64,000 nucleotides of DNA from Octopus sinensis. Lineage: Eukaryota. The translations under genes were made by a program, and so were the position numbers. Where the stretch lies: assembly GCF_006345805.1 (NCBI RefSeq), contig NC_043000.1:56544001-56608000 (forward strand). Direction: 5' to 3'. Under the pieces are notes generated by a model, which was not told the DNA's origin, made no database searches, and saw nothing but the letters and a program-made list of their open reading frames with translations. Positions 1 through 12,611 of this stretch are shown one piece after another (position 1 is the stretch's first letter; every line of letters starts with the position of its first letter).

Positions 1-138
1 TATTTACATGCCTGAATGGCATAAAATCATTGAGTGCAGAATAAAGCAGACAGAAAGACAGACGGATAGTCGTGAATAGAAAGAAACTGTTAGAGACAGA
101 AATTATGACACACACACACACATATATATATAAATATA

Positions 139-651
139 CTAGCAGTATCGCCCGGCGTTGCTCGGGTTTGTAAGGGAAATAACTATATAAGCATTTTTAG
201 AGAGTTACTTCCCTTATAGATGCCAATTCGGGCTTTCTTAGCCATTTCTGTTTTGGTGTCTTCAAGCCATGAAGTCGTTGTTCTAAAAGAACGCTGGTCT
301 CCTTGACAACGCTTTACGACGTTGATTTCCTTACACTCCCTTCCCCACAGCTTCACGAGGGAGGGAAGAAGGGGGAGAAGCAAACGGGTGCAGGTGTGAC
401 CATGGACGCCAACTCCGCCGCCATCGACACACGAAAAATTATGCATTAAAATGGAATAAAAAATTATGTTAAATTATTTTTAAAATCATAGACTCATCGT
501 AGACGCGCGCTAATACCCAGACGGGCTCGATATGAATCACGACTATCAGATACCCGAATTTGGTTAAACTGCACCGCAAAATGTGGGAGTAGTTAGGAAT
601 CTAAATCGAAGGGAACAGACACTCACACAACTACAGTTTTATATATATAGA
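139..651 (-). mobile_element. Non-autonomous Helitron, copy 1
   Basis: On the minus strand it begins A|TCTATATATATAAAA (651) and ends with a GC-rich subterminal hairpin CCCGAGCAACGCCGGG followed by CTAG|T (139). It sits in an AT site with no TSD. The ends are near-identical to the copy at 20104-20495. Confidence 0.8.
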
Positions 652-787
652 TATTTCTCCATTTTCTTATTTTGTATTATGAATTTGTGGTAAAACATTT
701 TACCTTTGCCCATATAATACAATAAATGAATTAATTGTATCGCAATTCTTAACATTTATGTATTAACTTTGTTGGATACCTCACTAG

Positions 788-847
788 CAGTATATTGGAT
801 ATATGTTATCCCATGGAGGGTTGCATTTACAACCCCTGTCTCAATTT
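788..847 (+). CDS. Candidate coding exon of an unidentified plus-strand gene
   Basis: Acceptor cactag|cag and strong donor TTT|GTAAGT; 60 nt, open in all three frames (e.g. QYIGYMLSHGGLHLQPLSQF or SILDICYPMEGCIYNPCLN). No homology recognised. Confidence 0.25.
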
Positions 848-931
848 GTAAGTATATATATATATATATATATATCATAATGGCATATATGTGTGTATGT
901 GTATTTATATATATGAGTATACATTTTTCAA

Positions 932-966
<35 letters not shown>

Positions 967-1913
967 GTGGTTGTGTCTGGTAGGGGAGAAGTAGAAGTAA
1001 AGGAGTGGGGGCAACCAAACAAACCAAAAAAAAGGCAAAAAGAAAAGGAGCAAAGGGTGAATAAATGCTTAGACACTGACAGGCAGTGCAAGAACCCACT
1101 TCTCTCATCTCTGGTCATCTACCAGTTCCAAGGTTGGTGAGACAGGAAGAGGAGAAGAAAGAAATATATTACATACACACACATGCACACACTCAGAGAA
1201 ACATATAAATATGCGTGTGTATATCTATCTACATATATATCATCATCATCATCATATGTAGATAGATATACACACACACATACATGCATATAGATACACA
1301 CACACATATACCTATAAACAATCTTGCAATCATGAATCATTTCTCATCACAGAATGAAATTCATTATACCACGCAAAAAGAAAGGAAGAAAGATTGTTTA
1401 AAACAAGAAAAAAAAATGGAAACAAGTACAAACACACATACACACACATACACACACACACACACATACACACACAGACACACACATACACACAACCAAC
1501 GAAACAAAAAAGACCTTATTACTACAAAGAAGAAGGCAAACCATATATATAGAAACATATTGGTAATGATAGGATATGGCAAGGTACTATACTCATTGAC
1601 TTACAACAACATCAACTACAACAACAGCAGCAACAACAACAACAGCAGAAGCAGCAGCAGCAGCAGCAGCAAGGTAGACTCTATTACAATTAATGAATGA
1701 CTTGCAGTGATGGCCATCTATTGTAGAGGGAAGGCAGGGGCGAAGAGGAGGAGAAGGAGTAAGCAGAGGACAGGAAACGGCAATTATATAACCAAAAAAA
1801 AGGAAAAAACAAAATGTAGTAGGTAGAATTTGGAACCCAACAGATAGAGAATAGAAATGATTATGCAACATTCAGCCTATTAATATGATTGTTTTTGTTT
1901 TTTGACTATTTCT

Positions 1914-2008
<95 letters not shown>

Positions 2009-2326
2009 GTGTATGTCAGTATGTATATTTGTATATATATGTATATGTGTATGTGTGAATGTATTCTACACAGATGTGTGTGTGTGTATATATATATATA
2101 TATTATATATATATATATACATACACACACACATAGATAGATAGATACATAAATAGATGTATACACACACATACACAAATGTGTGTGTGTGAGTGTGTGT
2201 ATGTATATATGTATATGTGTGTGTTTGTGTATGTATATACGTATGCATGTACATATATGTATATATATTTATATAGATAAATGTGTGTGTGTGTATATAT
2301 ACATACACATATGTATATGTGTATAT

Positions 2327-2400
<74 letters not shown>

Positions 2401-2402
2401 AT
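1914..2402. repeat. Compound (TA)n/(TG)n microsatellite tract
   Basis: Directly visible. Similar tracts lie at ~14815-15170, 29030-29575, 38385-38540 and 56660-57010, and these account for most YIYI/CVCV ORFs in the track. Confidence 0.95.
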
Positions 2403-3892
2403 AGGTAGATAGATAATTTGCTGATGGTTATCTGGAAGTGATTATGCAATATTCCACAATAATTCATTCATTCATATACATATATATATTCATGTTTTCA
2501 TTTTGTATGTTTGTTCCTTATTTTCTTGCCGTGTGTGTGTTTCTGTGCTCTTTAAGTTCTATATTCTCCAAAACTGTTGATGGTTGCGGAAATGCGATGA
2601 ATATGTAGATGTGGGTAGGATATATATGTACAAGCTAGAAGGTTATGCAATGTGATTTTCTAACATTCGCACTGAAGAAGAAGAAGAAGAACAGCAACAA
2701 CAACAACAACATCTTTGCTGCCTAAGGAGAGTACAAGAAGTGCTATAACAAAAAAAAATATATAGAAAACAGCTTGTTGTCACATAAAACTTAGTGATGG
2801 AAGCTGAGAGAAAAAAAAGACAAAATGACAAATTAAAATTCAAAACATCGCATGTGAGCAAAAACCTGTAGAGTGAAATAAAATTGAAGCAAAAACGTAA
2901 TGATTAAAAGAACAATAACAAATAAACAGTAAAATATTAATTATTTATGATGATTCATTATGGTATGTAGAAAGGAAAATGTAAGGGAGAAAGAAAGGAG
3001 TTGAGGGCCAAAGAAGGAAAAGACAAAATTAAGAGGGAAGAAGTAGAATATAGATGCAATAAACATTAACTCTCTTTGTTGTTGAACAACTGAGTATTTT
3101 GTCTTACATATATATGCTTTTATACATACACGCACACACACACATGTGCGCATGTTTGTGAGTACATGTGTCTTTTACTGATGTAAAAGAATGTAAATAT
3201 TGCTTCTAGAAGTCCCTTGTGATTTTTGCTCCACACCGAGATACAAACACTCCCTAGATACTTTTAGTATCAAGGTGTATGTGAACCAGTAATTGGCCTA
3301 CTGAGAACCAGCAATTAATGATTCCATTGCTTGTCATATGCTATAGCATGCTGGACAAAAGGCTTAGCAGCATTTCATCAACCATTCTGTTCTGAGTTCA
3401 AATTCCACTGAGGTCAACTTTGCCATTCATTCTTTCAGGCTCAATGAAATGAGTGTCAGTTGAGCACTAAGGTTGATGTAAGAGACTAGTCCCCTCCTGC
3501 AAGATTTCAGACCTTGTGTCTATAATAGAGAGGATATTAAACAAATATACATGTAAAGCCAGCCATCACTCACAAGTACGTCTTGATAGCATACACTATG
3601 CTTTCACAAAATGTTTTAGGTGCCTATGTAGTCACGAGTACACATAGACATCCTCATGGCCCTTACAACCCTGATCCAGCTGAACATTTAAAATATAACA
3701 GCTGGAGGTGAGAGAGCTGTATTGCACATGGTTGGTACTCATTTACAGCTGAGTAGACTGGGATGAACACGAAATGAAGTTCCTCACCCAAAGACACAAA
3801 ATGCTGCCTGATGCAAACATTGACGATATGACCTTATGATCATGAGCCAAACACTCTAAGCATAAAGCCATGTGCCTTCACATTCTCACTCA

Positions 3893-3933
<41 letters not shown>

Positions 3934-4399
3934 TCTCTCTCTCTCTCACATGCACACGTGCGCGCACACACACACATCATCATCATTTTAACATCCACAT
4001 TTCCAGTATTGCATGCATTGGACAGAGTTTACTGAGGCAGGTTTTCTATAACTAGATGCCTTTCTTGTCACCAACCCTTAGCTTGTTTCCTAGTCAGGGA
4101 ATATTTCAAATGTTTCCCTGCTGACCAGACATGCTTACGCAGAATACTGGAAACAAAGACAACCATTTACAATTACCAAATGTCAAGACAAGGAGACAGA
4201 AACAAACACAATCACACACACACACACATGTAAGTTTAAAAATACTAATTGAAACATTCATTACTAATTGAATACAATTTCATGAGGAAACTTGTGAGAG
4301 TGAATTCACTTCTATGAAGCATAAGATGTTTAGGATATTCCCATGAAAAACAAGAAATGAAATCAAAAACATGAACCTGAAGGAGCCATTTTTACACAT

Positions 4400-4700
4400 G
4401 CCACTCACAAGGGTTCTTGTTTTTAAAGAACAACATAAAGGTGAAAAGAAGAAGACAAACAATAGGGCCCCAGTAAAGAAACACAAGCTCTGGTGGTTTG
4501 GGAATGTCACCCATTCATCAGGGATGGCCAAAACAATTCCTCAGGGAACAGTCAAAGGTGGCAGATGCAGAGGCTTAAAGAGCTGGGAAAACATCTGTGA
4601 GCGGACAGGCCTAAAGATGAGAGACACAGTGCAAAAAGCAGAAGACAGAGATGGGTGGATGGATTTGGCCAGGTCATCAGAAGTGCCCTAATAGTCAGCC
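4400..4700 (+). mobile_element. RTE-clade LINE C-terminal remnant
   Basis: Translates to VKKHKLWWFGNV..SGMAKTIPQGTVKGGRCRG..KSW..NI.E.TGL..AEDRDGW, resembling the RTE/BovB ORF C-terminus (KLxWFGHV..GxRxRGR..W..A.DR..W). Confidence 0.65.
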
Positions 4701-4727
4701 AGACTATAGGATATGTAATGTAATAAA

Positions 4728-5755
4728 GGCGCATGGCTTAGTGGTCAGTGTATTCAGCTCACAATTGTAAGGTCATCAGTTCGATTACTGGTAGTGTTTT
4801 GTACCCTTGAGCAAGACACTTTACTTCATGTTGTTCCAGTCCACTCAAGTAGCAAAAATGAATCGTACCTGTAATTCAAAGGGCCAGCCTTGTCACATTT
4901 TGTCATGCTGAATTTCCCTTAGAATGTTGAACATAAGAAGCATAGGATGTGGTGTGCAAGAGAGACGTTTGCGCTTGTATGGTCATGTACTATGGATGGA
5001 TGAGGAGAGATGTGTGAAGAAATGCCACTCCCAAACAATTGAAGGAATCTGGGGTAGAGGTTGACCCAGGAAGATATGGGATGAGGTGGTCAATGACAAA
5101 AGACTGAGACCTCTGGAGATATGCTGTGAGTGCGAAGACCCGGCGAATAAAGTGAGTTCACAGCTGTATCCTACACCAGTTTCACATAACCAGCCCCAGC
5201 TCATTCAAAAGTACCTTCGACAGTAGAATGACCTGCTGTGCTTGAGGAGACCTATTGAGTCAAGTACATCAACATCTAAATGATAATCAAATGGAAATTG
5301 TAGTTGTGATACGTGTGCCAGTGGCACATAAAAAGCACCATCTGAACCTGGCTGATGCCAGCATCACCTTGATTGGCTTCTGTGCCAGTGGCATGTAAAA
5401 AGCACCAACCGATTGTGGCCGTTGCCAGCCTCCTCTGGCCCATGCTGGTGGAATGTAAAAAGCACCCACTACATTCACGGAGTGATTGGCATTAGGAAGG
5501 GAATCCAGCTGTAGAAACACTGCCAGATCAGACTGGAGCCTGGTGCAGCCTCCTGGCTTCCCATACCCTGGTTGAACCATCCAACCCATGCTAGCATGGG
5601 AAACGGATGTTAAGCGATGATGATGATGAACTACATTAAGGGTATGCATGTTTGTGGAGTGCTCAGCTATTTGCATATTAATTTCACAAGCAGACTCTTC
5701 TGTTGATCAGATCAACTGGAACATCTGTCATCATAACCATCAAAGTGCCAGTGTA
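4728..5755 (+). mobile_element. tRNA-derived SINE (family C) interrupted by an RTE 3' fragment
   Basis: Head GGCGCATGGCTTAGTGG (A box) ... AGTTCGATT (B box), then CCTTGAGCAAGACACTTT..TTGTTCCAGTCCACTCA (Meta/CORE-like core). The body appears to resume at ~5630. Related heads occur on the minus strand at ~3650-3880, 8115-8436 and 11551-11878. Confidence 0.65.
4925..5628 (+). mobile_element. RTE LINE 3' fragment (ORF end, 3'UTR, (GAT)n tail)
   Basis: Degenerate YGHVLW..CVKKC..GRG.PRKIW motif, then a 3'UTR with GGCA.GTAAAAAGCACC repeats, ending AACCCATGCTAGCATGG..(GAT)n. The same tail occurs at 23218-23645 (+), 24840-25500 (-), 39750-40000 (-), 42090-42330 (+) and 57360-57545 (-). Confidence 0.75.
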
Positions 5756-6123
5756 TAATATAGAGATAAGTGTCTTCTTCAAACTTTCATTTCATATTTC
5801 AGTGAATATTTCAACAGAAAAGCAGGATCAGTTCATTAGTTCATGATCAGAACCAAGTAACTCTGAGTATTGGAAATCAGAGCCTTTCCATTATAATGTA
5901 TTAAAGAATATTCTACATTTGTATTGAGTCTTGTAAATTCCTCACTTCTGGTGAATCAACAGGGATGGATGGATGAACAGATAGACAAGCAAGAAAGAAA
6001 GCAGACAGAGAGACAGACAGATAGATAGATTCATACATACACACATACAAATACATGAGAGAGGGAAGGAAGAGAGGAACTGGAGGAGAAAAGAAAAAAG
6101 AGATGGATAAACACAGGCATATA

Positions 6124-7398
6124 TTAAATCAACCAATAAATAATGCAGTTTTTCAATTGCCTGAACTAAAAATCAGAGAAGGACAAGATAAACTACTTGC
6201 ATCAACTTACAATAAAAGCAGGTAGTAATTTTACCTAACCTTATTCTTGGTGTAAGTTTTGAAGAGTGCAGTTCAATTTTAACAGCTATTTTTTCAAAAC
6301 TATAATAGAAGTGACAAAGGAGCATATTCGGCATATTTTACTTCATGAGTTCAATAAAGGCAACACCACACCAGAGAGTGCAAGGAATATTGGTGCAACA
6401 TATGAAGATCAGACGATAAGCATAAGCCTGTGTCGATGGTGGTTCCAGAAATTCTGGGCCAGAAACTACAGCCTAGAATATGAACCTCGTCCTGGAAGAT
6501 CTGTAGAACTTGATGAGGATGTCCTGCAAAACCTGAGGGAACAAAATCTCATCATAAGTTGAGGAACTAGCAGAGAAGCTTGGATTTGGTCATTCAACCA
6601 TTCATCAACACCTCCATGCCATTGGAAAAGTTAGCAAATTAGGTCAATGGGTTCCTTACAAACTTTCCAAGTCTAATCGAATGCAGAGGGTAAATGTGTA
6701 CTCTTCTTTGCTATTATGTCTCACAAATGAACCTTGTTTGGACCAAATAGTGAGTGGTGATGAGAAATGGGTTCTCTATAAAAATGTTAAGTGCCAAAGA
6801 CAATGGGTAGGGAAAGGAGAAACACCAGCACCCCAGGCTAAAGAAGGCCTTCACCCACATAAAATGTTATCTGTTTGGTGGGATATGAAATGTTTAGTTC
6901 ACTTTGAACATTTAAGCCTCAACCAAATGATAACAGACGAGATCTACTGCGAGCAGCTTGAGCGGCTTAAGTCAGTGCTAGAAGAAAAACAACCATCTTT
7001 GGTTTCAAGACAAAAGGTGTTCTTCCTTCAGGATAATGCTTGACCACATACAGCAAGGATGACATTCCAAAGGCTGGACCAATTTGAATGGGAAACCATG
7101 CCCCACCCACCATATTCACCAGACATTGTCTCATCTGATTATCATTTATTCTGCAGTCTTCGAAATCATTTGGATGGAAAAAGTATGAATTCTGTAGACA
7201 GGTCAGAACAGTACTGGAGGAATATTTTTCATCACAGACAAGTGAATTTTGGAAGAGGGCCTTGCAAGTCTACCAGATAGCTGGAGGAGCATTGTAGAAA
7301 ATGAAGGAGAGTGTATTTTAGATGAAAAAAGAACTTTATTTTAATTTTGAAAAATAAAAGAAGTATACAAAAACCGCATTATTTATGGGATGACCCAA
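6124..7398 (+). mobile_element. Mariner (D,D34D) DNA transposon, full length, inactive
   Basis: Imperfect ~29-bp TIRs (ttaaatcaaccaataaataatgcagtttt / aaaaccgcattatttatgggatgacccaa), TA flanks at 6122-6123 and 7399-7400, length ~1.28 kb, with a transposase inside. Confidence 0.92.
6305..7325 (+). pseudogene. Mariner transposase pseudogene
   Basis: Start probably mutated (ATA-EVTKEHIRHILLHEF). Motifs EPRPGR, WVPYKL, IVSGDEKWVLY, FLQDNA*PH and HPPYSPDIVSSDYHLF are present, with 34 residues between the 2nd and 3rd catalytic D. Frameshifts and an in-frame TGA at 7041. Confidence 0.9.
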
Positions 7399-10300
7399 TA
7401 CATACATAGACATACATTGTATTCGTTCTTGGAGTTTGGCTGTGACTATATTTATTCTATGATGTTTGGAAGAGACTAAGCTTTGACAATTTCTTTAAGG
7501 TGTGCAGGGAAGAAGTGTTCAATAATATATTAACTATAAGCTAGAAGATGTACAGTTTTCCCATTTTTCTAAATAATGTTGAAATAACAGTTTTAGAACC
7601 CCATAGAAAATATTATACAACATAAATAAATGCATTATTCATCACCACATCAGAACGTAGCACAATTTTATTTTGTTTTGTTTTATTCTGGCTTTTTTTG
7701 TCTTTTTTTTTATACAAGCTACACTGTCATTTTCCTTTGTCAGTCAATTTTAACAGAAGAATGTGAATAGTCACAGGCTGCAAGCTTAAAAGCTCATATG
7801 TTGGTGACAGTTTAGTTGTTGTTTGCTGACCACAAGACTAAATAAGATGGAGCTGGGGGATGTAGGGAATGGAACAAATGAAAATGATAGTAAACCTTTC
7901 TTTCTTGTGGCAGGAATCACCTCCAAAGAACTAAACTGCATGTTAACCCTTCAGTATTTTGCACCAGCTATAATATATCAAACTCATTTATTTTGTTTTA
8001 TGTTCAAACTGGCCAGATCCAGCATCTCACACCTACCCTACAATGTGAGTCTGAAAAATAAAAAAAAAAGACTCACATCACTGAAATCTCAAGGTTACAG
8101 GGTAAAAATAGGGTAAAGACCCCCTTCAGTCATGAATGACCATGGGATTGTACCTAGAAAGTTCCTCTCTGAGGCACAAGCCTGGGCAAGGCTGTTTATA
8201 GAAGACCAGCAGTCGCCCATGCGTACCAGTCTCCCACTGCCATGTCACTTATTTTATCCAAAGGAAAGGCAAAGGCCAATACAGCTTGGCACCAGTGACA
8301 TCACAACTCATTTCTACGGCTGAGTGAACTGGAGCAACATGAGATGAAGTGTCTTGCTCAAGAACATAACACATAGCCCAATCCAAGAATTGAACTCACT
8401 ACTTCATGATTGTGAGCCCAATGCTCTAACCACTGAAGAGAAATCTGAATGCAAAAATGGTTAAGTAAACCAAATTCAGAAATATACTATTTAGGTATTA
8501 GGAATATTCTTGTCTGAGAGACATAGCCGTGTGGTTAAGAAACCCACTTTACGAGCATGTGGTTTCAGGTTCAGTCCCACTGCATAGCACCTTGGGCAAG
8601 TGTCTTGAGTGAATGCCTTGAGTGTATTCAAGAGACAAACTGTATGGAAGCACCATTTGACAACTAGTGTTGATGTGCTTACGTTGCTGTAACTTAGCAG
8701 TTCAGCAAGAGAGACCAATAGAATAGGTGTCAAGCTTCAAAGGCAAAAAATACTGGGGTTTAATTCATTCGACTACAAATTCTTCGAGGCGGTACTCCAG
8801 CATGGCCACAATCTAATGACTGAATCAAGTATAAAAATAAGAAAAAAAGTTATAATTTAAAAAATCTAAAACCTGATATTTGTCTACACATACACACACA
8901 CACACACACACACATGTACCAATATACAAATGCATGTAAAAACACACACACACACTCATGTACTAATATACAGATGTATATACAAACACACACACACACA
9001 CACACACGTATCAATATACAAATGCGTGCACAAACACAGACATACACACACAGACGTACCAATATACAGACATGTACAAACACACACCCACACACATATG
9101 TGTACCAATATACAAACAGACACATGTACAAACACACTTATATTGTAAGAACATATGTACAAGCCAATTTAAATCACATAAAATAGACAATGATTTCAGA
9201 AAATATAAAAAATATTTTTAAAAAAGCCTCATATCATTTGGTTTTAACTCTAACAAAATGCAACTCTATTTATTTGCACAATTTGTTTTCTACAGGTGTG
9301 CACAATAACAACGCCATGTGGTGCCACAGTAGACTACTTAGTTTAATACATTTTCTGCAGGCATCCAGCTATATAAAAGATTCTTGAAACTTAGTTTCTG
9401 CTATCCTAACTATTTAACAGAATATTCAAATTTGCAATTAATTAAAAGTCTGGGGAGCTTTTTTTTCCTTGTTTTTTTTCCTTCCCTCATGTTGCAAATC
9501 AAAAATAAAAGAAACAAGGACTTCAGAAAAATAAGAAAACAGCAGATAAGAAAATTTCTATGTGATAATTTAACCTTCTAAAAATAGCAGTCAAATCCCT
9601 TGTGTAAAATGGAGAAATAAATTAAAGATGCACATTGGTTAATATGATTATAGATGCACTTTGCCTTAAAAATTGCACAGGACAGTCATTGCTAAAATAT
9701 TTTTCTTTTAATCACAGATCTGCTTGATCAGGACTGACCTGGGGGAAAAAACAAAACAAAAAGGACAAAAAAATATATAAATAATTAGTCCTGATTATGT
9801 TAGAAAGAAGCTCACTTTGCATGCATGTGGTTTCAGGGTCAGTCCCACTGTACACCACCTTGGGCAACTGTCTTTATAGTCCTTGGCTGATCAATAACTT
9901 GTGAGTGAATTTCATAGAAGGAAACTGTGTGGAAGCCCATCATATATATCATCATCATCATCATCATTCAACAACTGTTTTCCATGCTGGCATGAGTTGG
10001 ATGGCTTGACATGAACTGGTAAGGCCAGGGGCCACACGTGGTTCCATAGTCTGTTTTGGCTTGATTTCTACAGCTGGATGCACTTTCTAATGCCAACCAC
10101 TCCACAGAGTGTACTGAGTGTTTTTCATGTGGCACCATTACCAGTGCTTTTTAAGTGGCATCAGTACCCACACCAATGCTTTTCACGTGTGGTGTTAGGA
10201 AGGGCATTCAGCTGTAGAAACTTTGCCAGATCAGATTGGAGTCGGTGCAGCCTTCTGGCTTGCCAGCCCACAGTCAAACCATCTAACCCATGCCAGCATG

Positions 10301-10751
10301 GAAAGCAGATATTAAACGATGATGATGATGAAAGCTATTGTATTTCACATGGGTAGAAATATATGAAAAATAGAAAGTGAAAATGCACTGAGAATAGTTA
10401 AAATGTGACTATCCTCTACCCAAATCCTATTCAAAACATTTACTAATTTGAGCCATAAACTCCCTATAAAAACAGAGCAAACTTCAAACACTAGTCAGAA
10501 GTAAGACAGCTGCAACATAAGAAACGTCTTTCTATTTAAACTTTTTGAAAATTGGTATCAACTGTGAAACCGGTTAATACTTCAAATATATTCATAAAAA
10601 ATATTTTAACTATTCGCATTGCATTTTCACCTTCTATTTTACCTCTGTGTGTGTTGTAATGTTTGAATATGTTCCTGACCAACATTTAACAATCAGTGAT
10701 GGTTAACCAAGTGTAGTACCAAAATAAGTAGTTAACACAACATTGATTTCG

Positions 10752-11227
10752 AATTTTGGCACAAGGTCAGCAATTTTGGGGGAGAGTGAGTTAAGTTGAT
10801 TACATCAACCTCAATGCTCAACTGGTACTTATTTTATCGACACCGAAAGATTGCAAGGTGAAGTCAACCTTGACAGTATTTGAACTCAAAATGTAAAGAC
10901 GGGCGAAATGCTGCTAAATATTTTGCACAGTGTCCTAACAATTCTGCCAGGTTACTGCCTCTACTTAACACAACATTAACTCAAAAGCTCGCAAGGTGGC
11001 AAGCTGGCAGAAACGTTAGCATGCTGGGCAAAATTCTTAGCAGTATTTCGTCTGCCATTACGTTCTGAGTTCAAATTCAGCCGAGGTCGACTTTGCCTTT
11101 CATCCTTTCGGAGGTCAATAAATTAAGTATCTGTTATGCACTGGGGTCGATGTAATTGACTTAATAGCTTTGTCTGTCCTTGTCTGTCCCCCTCTATGTT
11201 TAGCCTCTTGTGGGCAATAAAGAAATA
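10752..11227. mobile_element. Two Nin-domain-like tRNA SINEs (family B) in divergent head-to-head orientation
   Basis: The plus copy 10993-11227 has head AAGGTGGCAAGCTGGCAG, B box GAGTTCAAATTC and GAGGTCGACTTTGCCTTTCATCCTTTCGGAGGTCAATAAATTAAGTA (Nin-like domain). The minus copy spans ~10752-10962. Other copies: ~3340-3540, 15712-15930, 47910-48145, 54930-55110, 55750-55960, 62925-63150. Confidence 0.8.
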
Positions 11228-12503
11228 ACAATATTAACTCAAAAGTTAACAAGTGAAAACAACAGAAACATATCATCAACATAGGGGTACAGACCAATCC
11301 ATGCGACTAAGAAGTTTACATTACAACCACATAGTTCCAGAGTTGATCCCACTGTGTATATCTTCTACAGTAGACTCAGGTTGACTAATGTATGTAAAAC
11401 TAGGAATATGAAAACATACATAAATATGTTTCTGTATGTATTTGAATACATACATGGTATTTACATTTACTAGTGTAAACCAGTGTTTCAAGTTATATAT
11501 CCCTTTATGTCAAAACTGGCAATATAGTCCTTCTATAAATAAAGGAGGAGGAGACCCCCTTTGGTCATGAATGACCATGGGATTGCACCTAGAAAGTTAC
11601 CCTCTGAGATACAAGTCCAGGCAAGGTTGTTTATGGAAGGCCAGCAGTCGTCCATGTATACCAGCCTCCCCTCTCCAAACCACTGATGTTATCCAAGGGA
11701 AAGGCAAGGCTGATACAGCTTGGCACCAGTGATGTCGCAACTCTTTTCTGCAGCTGAGTTAACTGGAGCAACGTGAAATAAAGTGTCTTGCTCAAGAACA
11801 CAACATGCAACCTGGTCCGGAAATCGAACTCACAACCTCATGATCGTAAGCTCGACACTCTAACCACTGAGCCATAGTGCTAGTAATAGAGTTGGTATGC
11901 TCAATTAAAATCCATAAAGGCAGAGCTCCAGCATGGCTGCAGTCCAATGACTGAAACCAGTAAAAGTGTATATATGGTCAATGTCTGAATATATTTTGGA
12001 CTATTTTCTATTATAGACTGCATCATTTAAAATACATAATGTTGCATTATATCTATGTGTGTGAACAAACCTCACTTCGCAGTTCAAATAACCTGCATTT
12101 TCAGGGCTATTTTCTTTTTCTTTCTATTATCATGTCAGTGATTTTGTGTTTAGTATAGCGAGCTTATAGCTCACACAGAATATATCAAAAGAACGTGCTA
12201 AAAAGCCAATATTTTAATATGCAGAAAGAAAACAGGTCATGTTTTATTCCTTAAAATGTTAGAATATCTTAGCTTCAATAGTTTCTGAGATTCTGAAGTA
12301 GACACTTTAGCAATCAATCAAGCAAACATATTGGATAAAAACAGAAGCACCTAAATTTTTCAGTAGTTAAATACGTTGTATTGGTGGGGAAGAGATGATA
12401 GAAAATAATGGTAATGGTGCACAATAACAGTGGGCATGATCATATGGTGATTGCGTGTTTTTCATCAACTTGTTCAATGGAAACTAGCTTCCATTCAACA
12501 CAT

Positions 12504-12611
12504 TACCCAACAAGTGATAGCTGGAGCAGAATAAATAGCAGAACCATTGAAAATTGCCCAGTTGGTATCATTTCATCTTTTGAACTAGAGTCTTGTAATT
12601 TTAAAAACTTT
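12504..12611 (-). CDS. Candidate terminal exon with hydrophobic C-terminal tail
   Basis: Minus-strand acceptor tttttttt(gtt)n gcag| and phase-2 entry; reads KFLKLQDSSSKDEMIPTGQFSMVLLFILLQLSLVG then TAA (or a donor GG|GTAATG after 12507). Confidence 0.4.

Noticed and set aside
756-2467. Many ORFs rich in YI/CV/HT dipeptides here and throughout the window
   Set aside because: They are translations of (TA)n/(CA)n microsatellites, which lack stop codons; there is no coding evidence.
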